Made by a program: the position numbers and the translations under genes | Assembly: GCA_963712115.1 (NCBI GenBank) | Contig: CAVQGX010000004.1 | Span: forward strand, 1-18,988 | Source: an uncultured delta proteobacterium | Lineage (GTDB): Bacteria > Desulfobacterota > Syntrophobacteria > BM002 | DNA length: 18,988 bases | Reading direction: 5' to 3' | Part shown: positions 7,616 to 16,589 of the stretch, in pieces | Layout of the letters: each line of letters begins with the position of its first letter | Position numbering within the stretch: the stretch's first letter is position 1 | Notes under the pieces: model-generated | Told to the model about the DNA's origin: nothing | The model's input: only the letters and a program-made list of their open reading frames with translations | Databases searched by the model: none

Positions 7616-7993
7616 CTACACGATCAACCGCATAGAGGTGTGCCCCTCTGTTGCCTTTTCTATTGCCATTTTTAGCTCCGACAAGTCAAATGATTTGACT
7701 ACGTAGTAGTCAGCGGCAATGGACTTCTGATCATATTTGTATGTATCGTAAGCAGTACATAAGATGACCGGCAGGTCGTGGTAGAGATTGCGGATCTCCT
7801 GCAGAAGTTCTAAGCCGTTGTAGTCCGCGAGTCTGATGTCCAGAACAACCGCTTCGGGTTGGAGAGAGTCAATCCTCTTCAGAAGATTATGTCCCGAAGC
7901 CACAGTGAAGACCTTGTGACCCTCCTCGGAAAGCTCCTCGGTGTAGAGTCGGCGGATGTACTCCTCATCATCCACCAGAAGGATTCTAGCCAT
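7616..7993 (-). CDS. Single-domain (CheY-like) response regulator
   Basis: ILLVDDE, phospho-acceptor VVLD, conserved T (LCTAY) and K (VVKS); no output domain; AGGAAGGAAG upstream. Confidence 0.92.
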   Translation of the reverse strand: MARILLVDDEEYIRRLYTEELSEEGHKVFTVASGHNLLKRIDSLQPEAVVLDIRLADYNGLELLQEIRNLYHDLPVILCTAYDTYKYDQKSIAADYYVVKSFDLSELKMAIEKATEGHTSMRLIV

Positions 7994-8143
7994 GGTTCCA
8001 CTTCCTTCCTAATAACGTAGTACAGGTTTTTTAGGCTCCAATCGAGATTAATCAGTCTCTTGGTGTGGAGGCCCGGGTCTTGGCCAGTAAAAGCAGGGTT
8101 TTTTGAAAATGAGAAAGCGAGAACAGTTTTGAGCCTATAGATT

Positions 8144-8172
8144 ATTTTATAATTGACTCTTGCATCACTCAA
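8144..8172 (-). promoter_or_regulatory. Possible sigma70 promoter for the response regulator
   Basis: Minus strand TTGAGT-N17-TAAAAT; the region is AT-rich, so a chance match is possible. Confidence 0.3.
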
Positions 8173-8621
8173 ATGCGGTGAGCCCTGAAAAATTGATTCC
8201 CCCTATAGGGGTTATGCACAAAGAGTAAACCTTCAGGAAATAAGGGAAATTTTGTTGACACCCCTGTAACACATGAAAATATTTCTGTTTTTCATGATGC
8301 ATAAGAAATGGAGAAATATCCTTATGATAACCATGTTATCTGCAATCTAACGGTTCAACCGGTACCTTGGTTTTTCTGCTGTTTTCTCTAGATTTCGTAC
8401 AAAATTGCATTTGTATATTATACGCTTTGCAATATGGGTGAAATCTTGGTGACGGGACTGATCCCTTGCAGTGGTGCAAGCAGATTATCTTAGGTTGGGG
8501 AGTACAGACTAAGCTATGGACTGATGAAAATACTTCGCAACGCCTTAAGGGCAGCTTATAGGGACAAGATCGATTACATATAATTGTGAGGAATGTAAAC
8601 CAATCTCGATCACAGCAAAAG

Positions 8622-8719
8622 TTTGCATTCCCTTAATTCACACTTCACCTTCGAAAACCTTGGCACAAGATGGAGGGGAAGGTCAAAACGGGGCGTGAGT
8701 GTGCATTAAAGTATGTAAT
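8622..8719. repeat. ~98-bp intergenic element, copy C
   Basis: TTTGCATTCCCTTAATTCACACT-N19-CACAAGATGGAG-N21-GAGTGTGCATTAAAGTATGTAAT; right arm is a 19/22 reverse complement of the A/B left arm. Confidence 0.85.
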
Positions 8720-8739
8720 TCACATTTCAGGTAGGCTAG

Positions 8740-10339
8740 GAGTCTGTCGGAGTATTACTAGGATTTCTTTGACTCCTTCGGTTGTTCTTTGAAAATCTGA
8801 GCGTTTTGTATCGAAGCCGACCTTGGTCAGTTGGTGCTGTCAGGCTTGGACCCCTTGTCTTTGCTCAAGCTGACGAGCAAGGTTCAGTATCCCCCTGGGG
8901 TTAGGCTGTTACCGGCTTCCATCCACTGCGAAACAGCTTCAAGAGGTTGTGCCCGAGGCAGATCAACTCCCACTCGGCACTCACCTTGTCGAAGCCCCGC
9001 AAGAGGAACTGGCGGAACCCTCGCACCTGCTTGATTTGGCCAAACACTGGCTCGACGATCTCTTTGCGCTTCGAATAGGTGTTTCTGCCCCTGATCGTTC
9101 GCAGCTTGCGAGCCATTCGCTCCTTGACCGTGGCATCTTTGGGAATACGCCCTCGAGGAGCCGCTGGCACCCGATCCGTGTGCTTCCACTTACCAGTAGC
9201 CACATAGGCGTCGATGTGTTGGTCAGTAAGGTAGGTGACATTGTCTTGGCTGTAGTAGTCACTATCAGCACTTAGCTGCTTGGGCGTGGCGCCATCTAGG
9301 TTGCTCTTCAGTTTCTCCATTACTGGTTTGACTTGACGCTTGTCGTTGGCATACTGGGTAACCCGTGGAGCAAGGATCACCTGATGGGCCTCATCAACAG
9401 CTGCCTGGCAGTTGTAGCATTGTTCAAAAGACTTGGTGGCGCTCATCTTCATGATCCGCGAGTCCGGAACAGTGAAGTTGCGCTGGGCTTTAGGCTCGGG
9501 CTTGTCTTAAGGAGCCTTCGGTGGTCGACCTCGACGGCTACCCGGACGACTATCGTAGTCCTGTCTCTTTTTCTCGTAGGCGGCTTGTTGCTCAGGAGCA
9601 TGCTTTAAGACTTCCCGCTCCAGTGCCGCTTTGGCCTCTTTGATCTTGGCAAGCCGTGATTGCTTGAACCGCAGCTCCTCGGGTACCTCGTCACCACCTC
9701 GGCCCTTTCCGTAACGGCTGTCCTCGCTCGCATCCATTGCCTCGGCCTCAGCAAGCAGACGCTGCACTTCGGCTTCGAGCTCTCGAACACTCTTTTCCAT
9801 GCGAGCGTAGCTCATCGCCTTGTGCTTCGAAGCGTTGGCCCGAACCTTTGTACCATCCAAGGCTACGTGCCCCAACTTTAACAATCCAGCTCTCTGGCAC
9901 AGCCTGAGCACCTGGACAAAAAGAGCGGCTAATGCCTTCAGATGGCGACGACGAAACGCACAAATGGTGGCGTGATCCGGATGTTGGTCTGCCGCAAGCA
10001 GCCGAAACGCAATTGACTCATAGGTGGCTTTCTCGATCTTGCGGCTACTGGGAACCCCTACACAGTAGGCGTAGATCAAAAGCGCCACCATCATCTCAGG
10101 ATGGTACGCTGGATAGCCCCCTTTGGAACCATCATAGCTAGCGAAAATCTCTGATAGCTCCAACTGACCCACCACATCACGGATGAAGTACACCAAGTGG
10201 TCTTCAGCCAACCACTTGCTCATGTCGGGGGGCAACAAAAACAACTGACCTGGCTCGTAACGGCGGAATGTATTTGGTGTTTTCATGAACCAGAGTTTAC
10301 CATATTAACTCATAACTTTGGGAGTACTCCGACAGACTC
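8740..10339 (-). mobile_element. IS1182-family insertion sequence (1600 bp)
   Basis: Perfect 15-bp terminal IR GAGTCTGTCGGAGTA/TACTCCGACAGACTC flanked by CTAG on both sides (8736-8739, 10340-10343); IS1182-type transposase inside. Confidence 0.9.
8901..10286 (-). pseudogene. IS1182-family transposase interrupted by one in-frame TAA (9507-9509)
   Basis: ORFs 9507-10286 and 8901-9452 are in the same frame and read KAP*DKPEPKAQRNFTVPDSRIMK across the gap; motifs YHPEMMVALLIYAY, SSRKIE, ALDGTKVRANAS, YNCQ, SAD, RKEIVEPVFGQIK. Confidence 0.9.
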
Positions 10340-10587
10340 CTAGGTTGGACTTCGGTTGAACACACTTACACTGAGCAATGGAATTATGCAGGTATGATTA
10401 GCATATCTAAAGTTTTCATGACTACCAGGAATTAAACATCTATAGCAGAACCTTCAATTCTGGACTAGATGCTTGGTGCATCAATATATAGTATAATGTT
10501 TCAATCCGATCTAGACAGTTTCAGCCCCTAAAAGGTGTTAGTTGGACGCTCAAGAGAGTGCTATAGTCACCAGGAGGAGGAAGATGC

Positions 10588-10905
10588 ATGAGCGTACAAC
10601 TAGTCATCCCAACTCGGCGAAAGGCCAAAAGGTTTACCCCTCAGCAGAAGCTCCAGATTCTCAGGGAATGGGAGCGATCTGGAAACGGTGTCGAGGTAGC
10701 GGAGAAGTATCAGATCCATCCTCAGACCCTCTACCGATGGAGGAAAGCTCTGGAGCAGGGTGCGCAAGCGTTTCTGAGTGGGAAGAAGCCCAGATTGGAT
10801 CCCCGCATCAAGAAGCTGGAGAAAGAGAACCAGAGACTGAAGGAAGCCCTGGCTCTGCAGACCCAAGAGCTGATGCTTTTAAAAAAAGAGATGAACTTGC
10901 TCTAA
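10588..10905 (+). CDS. IS3-family transposase OrfA (HTH + leucine-zipper-like)
   Basis: RFTPQQKLQIL...VAEKYQIHPQTLYRWRK HTH and LEKENQRLKEAL coiled coil; AGGAGG upstream. Confidence 0.88.
   Translation: MSVQLVIPTRRKAKRFTPQQKLQILREWERSGNGVEVAEKYQIHPQTLYRWRKALEQGAQAFLSGKKPRLDPRIKKLEKENQRLKEALALQTQELMLLKKEMNLL
10878..10888 (+). other. -1 programmed ribosomal frameshift slippery site
   Basis: T TTA AAA AAA G in the OrfA frame, within the orfA/orfB overlap. Confidence 0.75.
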
Positions 10906-11900
10906 CGAACCGTCCCACGGGAGCCACCTACAGCCAGGAGCAGCGGCATCGGATCCTCGAGGAAGTCCAAAGGCTCCGTGCTCAAGGATTTTCCATATCA
11001 GAGACGCTCAGGGGCCTTGGGGTCTGTCGTTCCACATACTATGTTTGGCTGAACCCTCCTACAGTCCGAAAGAAGTCGGCCGCCGTGCTCCGTCTGACTG
11101 CTGAGGAACAGCACGCCATCATCAAGAAGAAGAAAGGAGAGCCTCAGCTCAGCCATCGCCAAGTCAGTGGTTTGTTGCGACAGGACGGTCATTGGATCAG
11201 CCCTTCGAGTTGCTACCGTCGGCTCAAAGCTCTCGGCTGGGTCATGGCTGCCTGTCTGCGGACGGCTCCCTGGAAAGTAGCTCGATATGAACCGTTTCGC
11301 CCGAACCAGATCTGGGGAGAGGATTGGACCATTCTGTCGATTACCGGATTGAGGCATTACCTGCTCACTATTATCGACTATTTTTCCCGTTACATCGTAG
11401 CCTGGGCCGTGGTGAAGACCGTCACCCAACGAGAGGTTCAAGCACTCCTGGCACTTGCCTACATGAGTGAGAGAATCGAGCATCAACATCCCAAACCCAT
11501 TGTCCGGGTAGATCAGGGTTCACCCAATACGGCGATCAAGACCAGGCGGCTGATCAAAGACCTGGAGATGCTGCTCTCCCCAGCAAGAGCGTATCGTCCT
11601 ACGGATAATGCCCGACAGGAACGCTGGTACCGGACAGTGAAACAAGAAGAGATCTACTGCTATCCCACGTATCTTTCAGAAGAGATCGCTCGCCTGTGCC
11701 TGGCCCACTACATTGACTACTACAACGAACAACGGCCCCATCAGGCCCTGTGGAACTATACCCCTGGCGATGTCCACCGTCTCGGAAACAAGAGCCAGCT
11801 TCTCAATCACTACAGGCAGATGGTTCAAATTGCCAAAGAACGAAGGAGACAGGTCAACCAAGGACGAATCCAACAACAATTGACTGCCGTACCAAACTAA
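10878..11900 (+). CDS. IS3-family transposase OrfB (DDE integrase core), expressed by -1 frameshift
   Basis: WGEDWT, IIDYFSR, RVDQGS-(35)-NARQERWYRTVKQE, YYNEQRPHQAL; -1 frame relative to OrfA. Confidence 0.88.
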   Translation, partial: FKKRDELALTNRPTGATYSQEQRHRILEEVQRLRAQGFSISETLRGLGVCRSTYYVWLNPPTVRKKSAAVLRLTAEEQHAIIKKKKGEPQLSHRQVSGLLRQDGHWISPSSCYRRLKALGWVMAACLRTAPWKVARYEPFRPNQIWGEDWTILSITGLRHYLLTIIDYFSRYIVAWAVVKTVTQREVQALLALAYMSERIEHQHPKPIVRVDQGSPNTAIKTRRLIKDLEMLLSPARAYRPTDNARQERWYRTVKQEEIYCYPTYLSEEIARLCLAHYIDYYNEQRPHQALWNYTPGDVHRLGNKSQLLNHYRQMVQIAKERRRQVNQGRIQQQLTAVPN

Positions 11901-12063
11901 CACCTTTTTTCTCTTGACCTGTCTGAAACATTACATAGTCGCAAATTGCCTATGTGCAAAGCTGTCTTAAGGTCATTTTTTAACTCCAAAATGTTTAGTG
12001 CAGGAGTTTGGATACTGACATCGAGGCTAGAAACAACAGTAATCCAAGTCGGATTATGAATTC

Positions 12064-13185
12064 TCAGACTCTTGCTGCCTTTTCCCGCTCCTTTTTCTCA
12101 ATCACACAATAAATGCCGCCTTCTTCAAGGCCAGGCAGGAAGCAGCTATTGCATGAAATACACTTGGCTGGACTGCGGTCGCCCTGCATCCAGCGATTGG
12201 CCAATCCCGGTTCTCTGATCAGTGGTCTGGCCATGGCAATGTAATCCATGCCATCTTCCTTGACTGTTTTTTCGGCAATCTCATAAGAGCGGAATCCACC
12301 CACAACCATTACCGGACAGCTGACCACCTCTTTGATGCGGCGGGCCAATGGCAAGTTATATGCTTCCTTTTCAGATTTTAGGATTTTCTCGCGGACTGGA
12401 CCTTTCTCTCCAGAGGCTGGAGTGCCGGCGGAGACTTCTATGGCATCAATACCCACTTTAACAAGTGCCTTGGCAGCATAAACCGCATCATCAATTTCCA
12501 GACCACCATCCAGGTGATCTGAAGCGTTCAGCTTAATAAAAACAGGATAGTCGGGGCCTACTGCCTCCCGCACCTTTCGGTAGACTTCGAGGAGAAACCG
12601 GCTTCGGTTTTCAATACTACCGCCATATTCATCGCTACGGCGGTTGGTTAGCGGAGAGAGAAACTGGTTAATCAGAAAGCCATGGGCGCCATGCAGTTGC
12701 ACTCCATTGAAGCCCCAGGACTTAGCCCGTCGCGCCCCTTCTCCAAAAGCTGAAATAGTGTCAATGATTTCTTCCTTGGTGAGTTCAGCAGGCATCTCCG
12801 GGTATTGGTCAACCTTTACGGCCGAAGGAGCGAGGGGTTGGCGTCCTGCGTAGGTAGAATTGGTTTCGCCGCCGGCGTGAACCAACTGGATGGCAATCTT
12901 GCCACCAACACTGTGAACAGTGCTGGTGAGGTTCTCATAGTCGCTCGCAAAGTCATCGGTATTGATGCCCATTTTGCCGGGCAACCCTTTGCCATCAGGC
13001 CTTACAAATGTATAGCCCGAAATAATCAACCCTATACCGCCTTGTGCTAAGTCGCGATAACAGTTGATCAATTTTTCCGTGGGCCTGCCGTCCTGCTCGC
13101 ACATACCCTCCCAAGTGGCGGATCGGATGAGACGGTTTCGCAGGGTCACGCCATTAATTACAGTTTCCTCGAACAGTGCAGTCAT
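12064..13185 (-). CDS. NADH:flavin oxidoreductase, Old Yellow Enzyme family
   Basis: LRNRLIRSATWE, QLVHAG, QLHGAHGFLINQFLSPLTNRRSDEYGGSIENR, ARPLIREP, C-terminal CISCNSC-x11-C; GAGGAGG SD before ATG 13185. Confidence 0.93.
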   Translation of the reverse strand: MTALFEETVINGVTLRNRLIRSATWEGMCEQDGRPTEKLINCYRDLAQGGIGLIISGYTFVRPDGKGLPGKMGINTDDFASDYENLTSTVHSVGGKIAIQLVHAGGETNSTYAGRQPLAPSAVKVDQYPEMPAELTKEEIIDTISAFGEGARRAKSWGFNGVQLHGAHGFLINQFLSPLTNRRSDEYGGSIENRSRFLLEVYRKVREAVGPDYPVFIKLNASDHLDGGLEIDDAVYAAKALVKVGIDAIEVSAGTPASGEKGPVREKILKSEKEAYNLPLARRIKEVVSCPVMVVGGFRSYEIAEKTVKEDGMDYIAMARPLIREPGLANRWMQGDRSPAKCISCNSCFLPGLEEGGIYCVIEKKEREKAARV

Positions 13186-13306
13186 GCCCTGCCTCCTCAT
13201 GCTTGGAATCAGCAAATGGTTGCAATTGGTTGAAATAGCTTGCTCACTCTGTCTAGATCTTCGTACCTATGTCTTGAGTTCGAAAGCGCGAAGAGAAGAC
13301 TTGCTC

Positions 13307-14254
13307 TCAAACATTTATCTTCTTCTGAACTAAGCTCTGTAAATCGCAGGTCCCAAGCCCCCACTTTTGTCCAAGTCTGATGAAGCCTATATCCATAGGA
13401 GTTTTGCCAAACAGCATAGCGGCCTTGGCGTCCGCAGCAACCGGATCATCACTTAAGACCAAAGTATTCTTATCGGCAACATCAGATTTGCTTCCACCGG
13501 AAGGACCATTTCTGGTCATGATCCTGGTGGCATCGATCAGGGTCACGGTGGGTTTAAAGAATTGGGCTAGATCAACAATATTCTCATGGATATCCCCGTG
13601 CAGGGACCACCGCCTTCCACCAACAGCGCCTATCCAATTCTTCATGCCAAGGGTCAGGGAACTCAATATATGATGCTTTGCCACCGGTAGGTTAATTACC
13701 TTGTCAGCTTCGACCAATGGCAGATAGACAGGCCAGACATCCAGGCGATTTCCCCGCAAGTTCATGTCCCGCATGAGAGATGCGGTGGGATAAACCAGCT
13801 CCGCCCCAGTTTTACTTGCTACAGCCTCTGCACCTGTTACCTTGAAGCAGAACCCGGCATCCTCAATTGTATTATCAGCGATTCTGACCTTTTTTGCCCC
13901 GGCTTCTTGACAAAGCTCAATGACCGCTTGCAATACTTCCGGATTTGTGGTGGCTCCCAGGTGAACCGGTCTGGCCCAAGAGATATTCGGTTTGATAACT
14001 ACCACATCTCCCCTTGAAACAAATCGTCTCATTCCTCCGACCGCTTCGAAGACCTTTCTTGCCAACTCTTTCTCACTGTAGCCCTCTTCTGCGCCAACGC
14101 CTTCCACAACAAAGCTTGTCTTTTTTTCCCCGGCCCAAGCCAACAGTGGTCCTCGGACAGATCCCGTGACAAAACCGGCAAGCGCTAGAGAGCTAGATAA
14201 GTGAAGTAGCCTTTTAATACATGCTCTTCTTGTAATAGGATGATCTCGCAACAT
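13307..14254 (-). CDS. DUF362-family protein, probable Tat substrate
   Basis: GDVVVIKPNI, TTNPEV, INLPVAKHH, LTLGMKNWIG, DPVAAD; N-terminal TRR + hydrophobic stretch + AWA; GAGGTG SD before ATG 14254. Confidence 0.85.
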   Translation of the reverse strand: MLRDHPITRRACIKRLLHLSSSLALAGFVTGSVRGPLLAWAGEKKTSFVVEGVGAEEGYSEKELARKVFEAVGGMRRFVSRGDVVVIKPNISWARPVHLGATTNPEVLQAVIELCQEAGAKKVRIADNTIEDAGFCFKVTGAEAVASKTGAELVYPTASLMRDMNLRGNRLDVWPVYLPLVEADKVINLPVAKHHILSSLTLGMKNWIGAVGGRRWSLHGDIHENIVDLAQFFKPTVTLIDATRIMTRNGPSGGSKSDVADKNTLVLSDDPVAADAKAAMLFGKTPMDIGFIRLGQKWGLGTCDLQSLVQKKINV

Positions 14255-14351
14255 AATCCACACCTCTTTAATTTGCCAGGATGACGGCCTGAAGGGTTGT
14301 GTCCGTAGCGAAGAAGATTTGCCTCTGGTCTGGCCCGAGTGGGAAATAGCT

Positions 14352-15242
14352 TTATTGCAGCAATAAATCTTGTTTCCAGCCAAAATGGGCGATCTCTATT
14401 TCTTCCATGCGGCTCGTTCCCAATCCGTAGACTTTGTCAGCAGCTTCTAGGCAGATTGGTGGTGGAGAAAGGGGCCAAGGTTCGCCTCGTAAGGCTCGCC
14501 TTTTTTCTTCGATTATTCTTAGGCAAACGGTCTCGACTGCAACCGGATCCGTACCGGCGATCAAGCCACTGTATGGCCATTTATAGCGAGGATCAGCCTG
14601 GGGCCCTTTATCACAAAGCGGATAGAGCGCGTCCACCAAGATAAGTTTTGTTTTCCCTTTTACATGAGGAAGATGCCAAATCTCCCCCAATTTTGCACTG
14701 TTTTGATCATGATATGCAGAGGGGCTGCCAGAATACATAATGTAGTTCTTGAGAACTGTACCGATCCCCGTTAACCAGTGTGCTTTAAGAGCTGGTAGCG
14801 AAATCAAGGCGGTGCAGCGCTTCACTTTTCTGGATGAACCTTGCGCCATGACAATTCTCTTTTTCGGAACACCAATGTCCATTAATGCTAGTTTAACAGC
14901 GTTAACCAGTTCATCATGCGTTGGATTTAAATGCCCTGTCGTCACCAGACCAACTGTATCTTCTGGTGTGATTATCGTCGACCATGCTTCTTTCCTATTT
15001 TTTCTGCCCGTAAGTTGAACGATAGACTGATCAAGCATCTTCTGCAGGACTTTGAAATCGACACCTAGGTCTGCATTCATTACATCTTTATCACGGACCA
15101 CCGTAACTAAGCTTGATTGAGCTGTCTTTTCACTTCCCACAGCCCAGCCAACGCCGAACATGGAAGTCCCAAGAGTCGCCCCAATGGTTCCACGTATGAA
15201 ATCTCTTCTTGTGATTAGTCTTCGTTCATTTGTCATGATCAT
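14352..15242 (-). CDS. DUF362-like protein with twin-arginine signal
   Basis: TRRDFIRG Tat motif; ISLPALKAH, GTVLKNY, TDPVAVE DUF362-like motifs; 4-bp ATGA overlap with the upstream gene. Confidence 0.8.
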   Translation of the reverse strand: MIMTNERRLITRRDFIRGTIGATLGTSMFGVGWAVGSEKTAQSSLVTVVRDKDVMNADLGVDFKVLQKMLDQSIVQLTGRKNRKEAWSTIITPEDTVGLVTTGHLNPTHDELVNAVKLALMDIGVPKKRIVMAQGSSRKVKRCTALISLPALKAHWLTGIGTVLKNYIMYSGSPSAYHDQNSAKLGEIWHLPHVKGKTKLILVDALYPLCDKGPQADPRYKWPYSGLIAGTDPVAVETVCLRIIEEKRRALRGEPWPLSPPPICLEAADKVYGLGTSRMEEIEIAHFGWKQDLLLQ

Positions 15243-16258
15243 CCTCCCGTTTTTAATAAATTGAATTGAATCTGTTCGATGATCATTCGGGCAGAGTTCT
15301 CATCTGGGCATTCGAATACAAGTGCGATACACGGGCCATGCAGTTTATAGCCTAACCAACCGTCCTCAATTTTGAAGAAACTCTGGTTTTCGGTAGCAGA
15401 GCCTGCGACGGAATCTTTCTCATGTTCTGGTAGATAGGCTTTATGGAATTGATCCAGCGCTTGTTGCGCTTGTCCAGAATCTCCATATCTTACAAAAAGA
15501 AATTGGACACGCGTACGATCTTTACCATCTATGCTGTCATAGGGCGCAGTAACAGCTTCGGTTGATAGATCTAGGTTCAGAATATTTTGATGACTGAGAT
15601 AGTATAATGAATTCAGGACCAGATGCGACCGAAAATAACCGATCCTGTCATTTCGTAGTTTCCAAACCACACCAATATCAAGGGGAAGGATTTTCAATAA
15701 TTCTGGCTCAGGGGGACTCTTTCGGTTGGCAGCAATTTGCTTACCTAAGGTAAGCACGGCTTGTTTTGAGGCAGCAGTTTCACTGAAAGCTATTACTCGA
15801 CAATAGAGATTGTCAGACCAGATGCGCAATAGGCCTGCGCCATAGAGGGTCCTGGTAGATGAAGTAAGAGATCGGTTTAATGTGTTTTTAGGAGAGTCAA
15901 TGAAAGATACGTGCTCACCTCCCCAATCCAAGGAAAGCAAACCAAAAGCATCGTTAGAGGTCTCCATATAATATAGTTCTACTAAGATGCTTTTTTCGTC
16001 ATCAGCCTTATACTCATATACTTCAAGGCGGTCGAAGCGATAGGCCAGATAAAGCTCTCCAGCTCCGTCCATATACTCAAAAATATTCTTAGAATTAATT
16101 ACTCGAGGCGAATCGGGTCTTGTCCAAACACCAATGGTTTTGGGTAGATTGGGTTTGTATACTTTCATCCTGCCTGTTGCTCCCTCAGATGCTGACACCA
16201 TCAAAGGAATTGTCAAAAGAAAAAAGGCTGTGCTCAATGAAGTTCTAGGAGTCAGCAT
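15239..16258 (-). CDS. Exported DUF6599-like protein
   Basis: Signal-peptide-like N-terminus from ATG 16258; IFEYMDGAGELYLAYRF and VELYYMETSNDAFGL motifs recalled from the DUF6599 family, which is often next to DUF362 genes. Confidence 0.7.
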   Translation of the reverse strand: MLTPRTSLSTAFFLLTIPLMVSASEGATGRMKVYKPNLPKTIGVWTRPDSPRVINSKNIFEYMDGAGELYLAYRFDRLEVYEYKADDEKSILVELYYMETSNDAFGLLSLDWGGEHVSFIDSPKNTLNRSLTSSTRTLYGAGLLRIWSDNLYCRVIAFSETAASKQAVLTLGKQIAANRKSPPEPELLKILPLDIGVVWKLRNDRIGYFRSHLVLNSLYYLSHQNILNLDLSTEAVTAPYDSIDGKDRTRVQFLFVRYGDSGQAQQALDQFHKAYLPEHEKDSVAGSATENQSFFKIEDGWLGYKLHGPCIALVFECPDENSARMIIEQIQFNLLKTGG

Positions 16259-16560
16259 ATATTCTTCAGGTAGTTCGCGGTTTTTTTGCTGTGTTTGGAG
16301 GTTAATAGAGCAAGGACAAGAAGAGTCGCCTGAGTAATCGTTGCAATAAGTATGACAAAATAGATGTCCATTTATTTCCAGGATATACGATAAAAATTCT
16401 TTCTTTTCCAATAGTTATCGGTTTTAGAGCGATTCTATATATTGCTGAGTTATCGCAAGTCTTAATGTTTCAGTATATTACTAAAAATATCGACCTACGG
16501 AAAGGCATCTGTTCCCCAAAAAACTAGCAGTAGAAATGGTCGCTGATCATTGATGATGGG

Positions 16561-16589
16561 AGTTCACATCGCTTGCCAAGATGTGAACT
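16561..16589. other. Perfect 10-bp inverted repeat (operator or hairpin)
   Basis: AGTTCACATC-N9-GATGTGAACT in the intergenic region upstream of the DUF6599 operon; no U-tract. Confidence 0.4.

Larger units (their letters stand above)
10492..11935 (+). mobile_element. IS3-family insertion sequence (1444 bp)
   Basis: Imperfect 26-bp IR (TATAATGTTTCA.../...TGAAACATTACA, 19/26), 3-bp TAG target duplication (10489-10491, 11936-11938), internal IR AAAAGGTGTTAGTT/AACTAACACCTTTT, orfA/orfB in 0/-1 frames. Confidence 0.88.

Noticed and set aside
7879-8172. 97-aa ORF overlapping the response regulator start
   Set aside because: TTG start, out-of-frame overlap with a real CDS, covers the probable promoter, no motifs.
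8571-8598. TTACAT...ATGTAA inverted pair just before copy C
   Set aside because: Only 6-bp arms in AT-rich DNA; too short to call another copy.
3032-8719. 97-bp elements as CRISPR repeats, integron attC sites or dif/pdif sites
   Set aside because: Spaced 1.2-2.7 kb apart with no cas genes; no RYYYAAC/GTTRRRY ends; the arm AGTGTGCATTA-AAG-TATGTAAT resembles dif half-sites but lacks the 6-bp central spacer.
10542-10877. N-terminal ~110 aa of the 452-aa IS ORF
   Set aside because: Open -1 frame overlapping OrfA; the real protein is most likely the OrfAB frameshift fusion.
16259-16411. Cys/His-rich N-terminal extension of the DUF6599-like ORF
   Set aside because: Precedes a signal-peptide-like sequence starting at ATG 16258; most likely untranslated.
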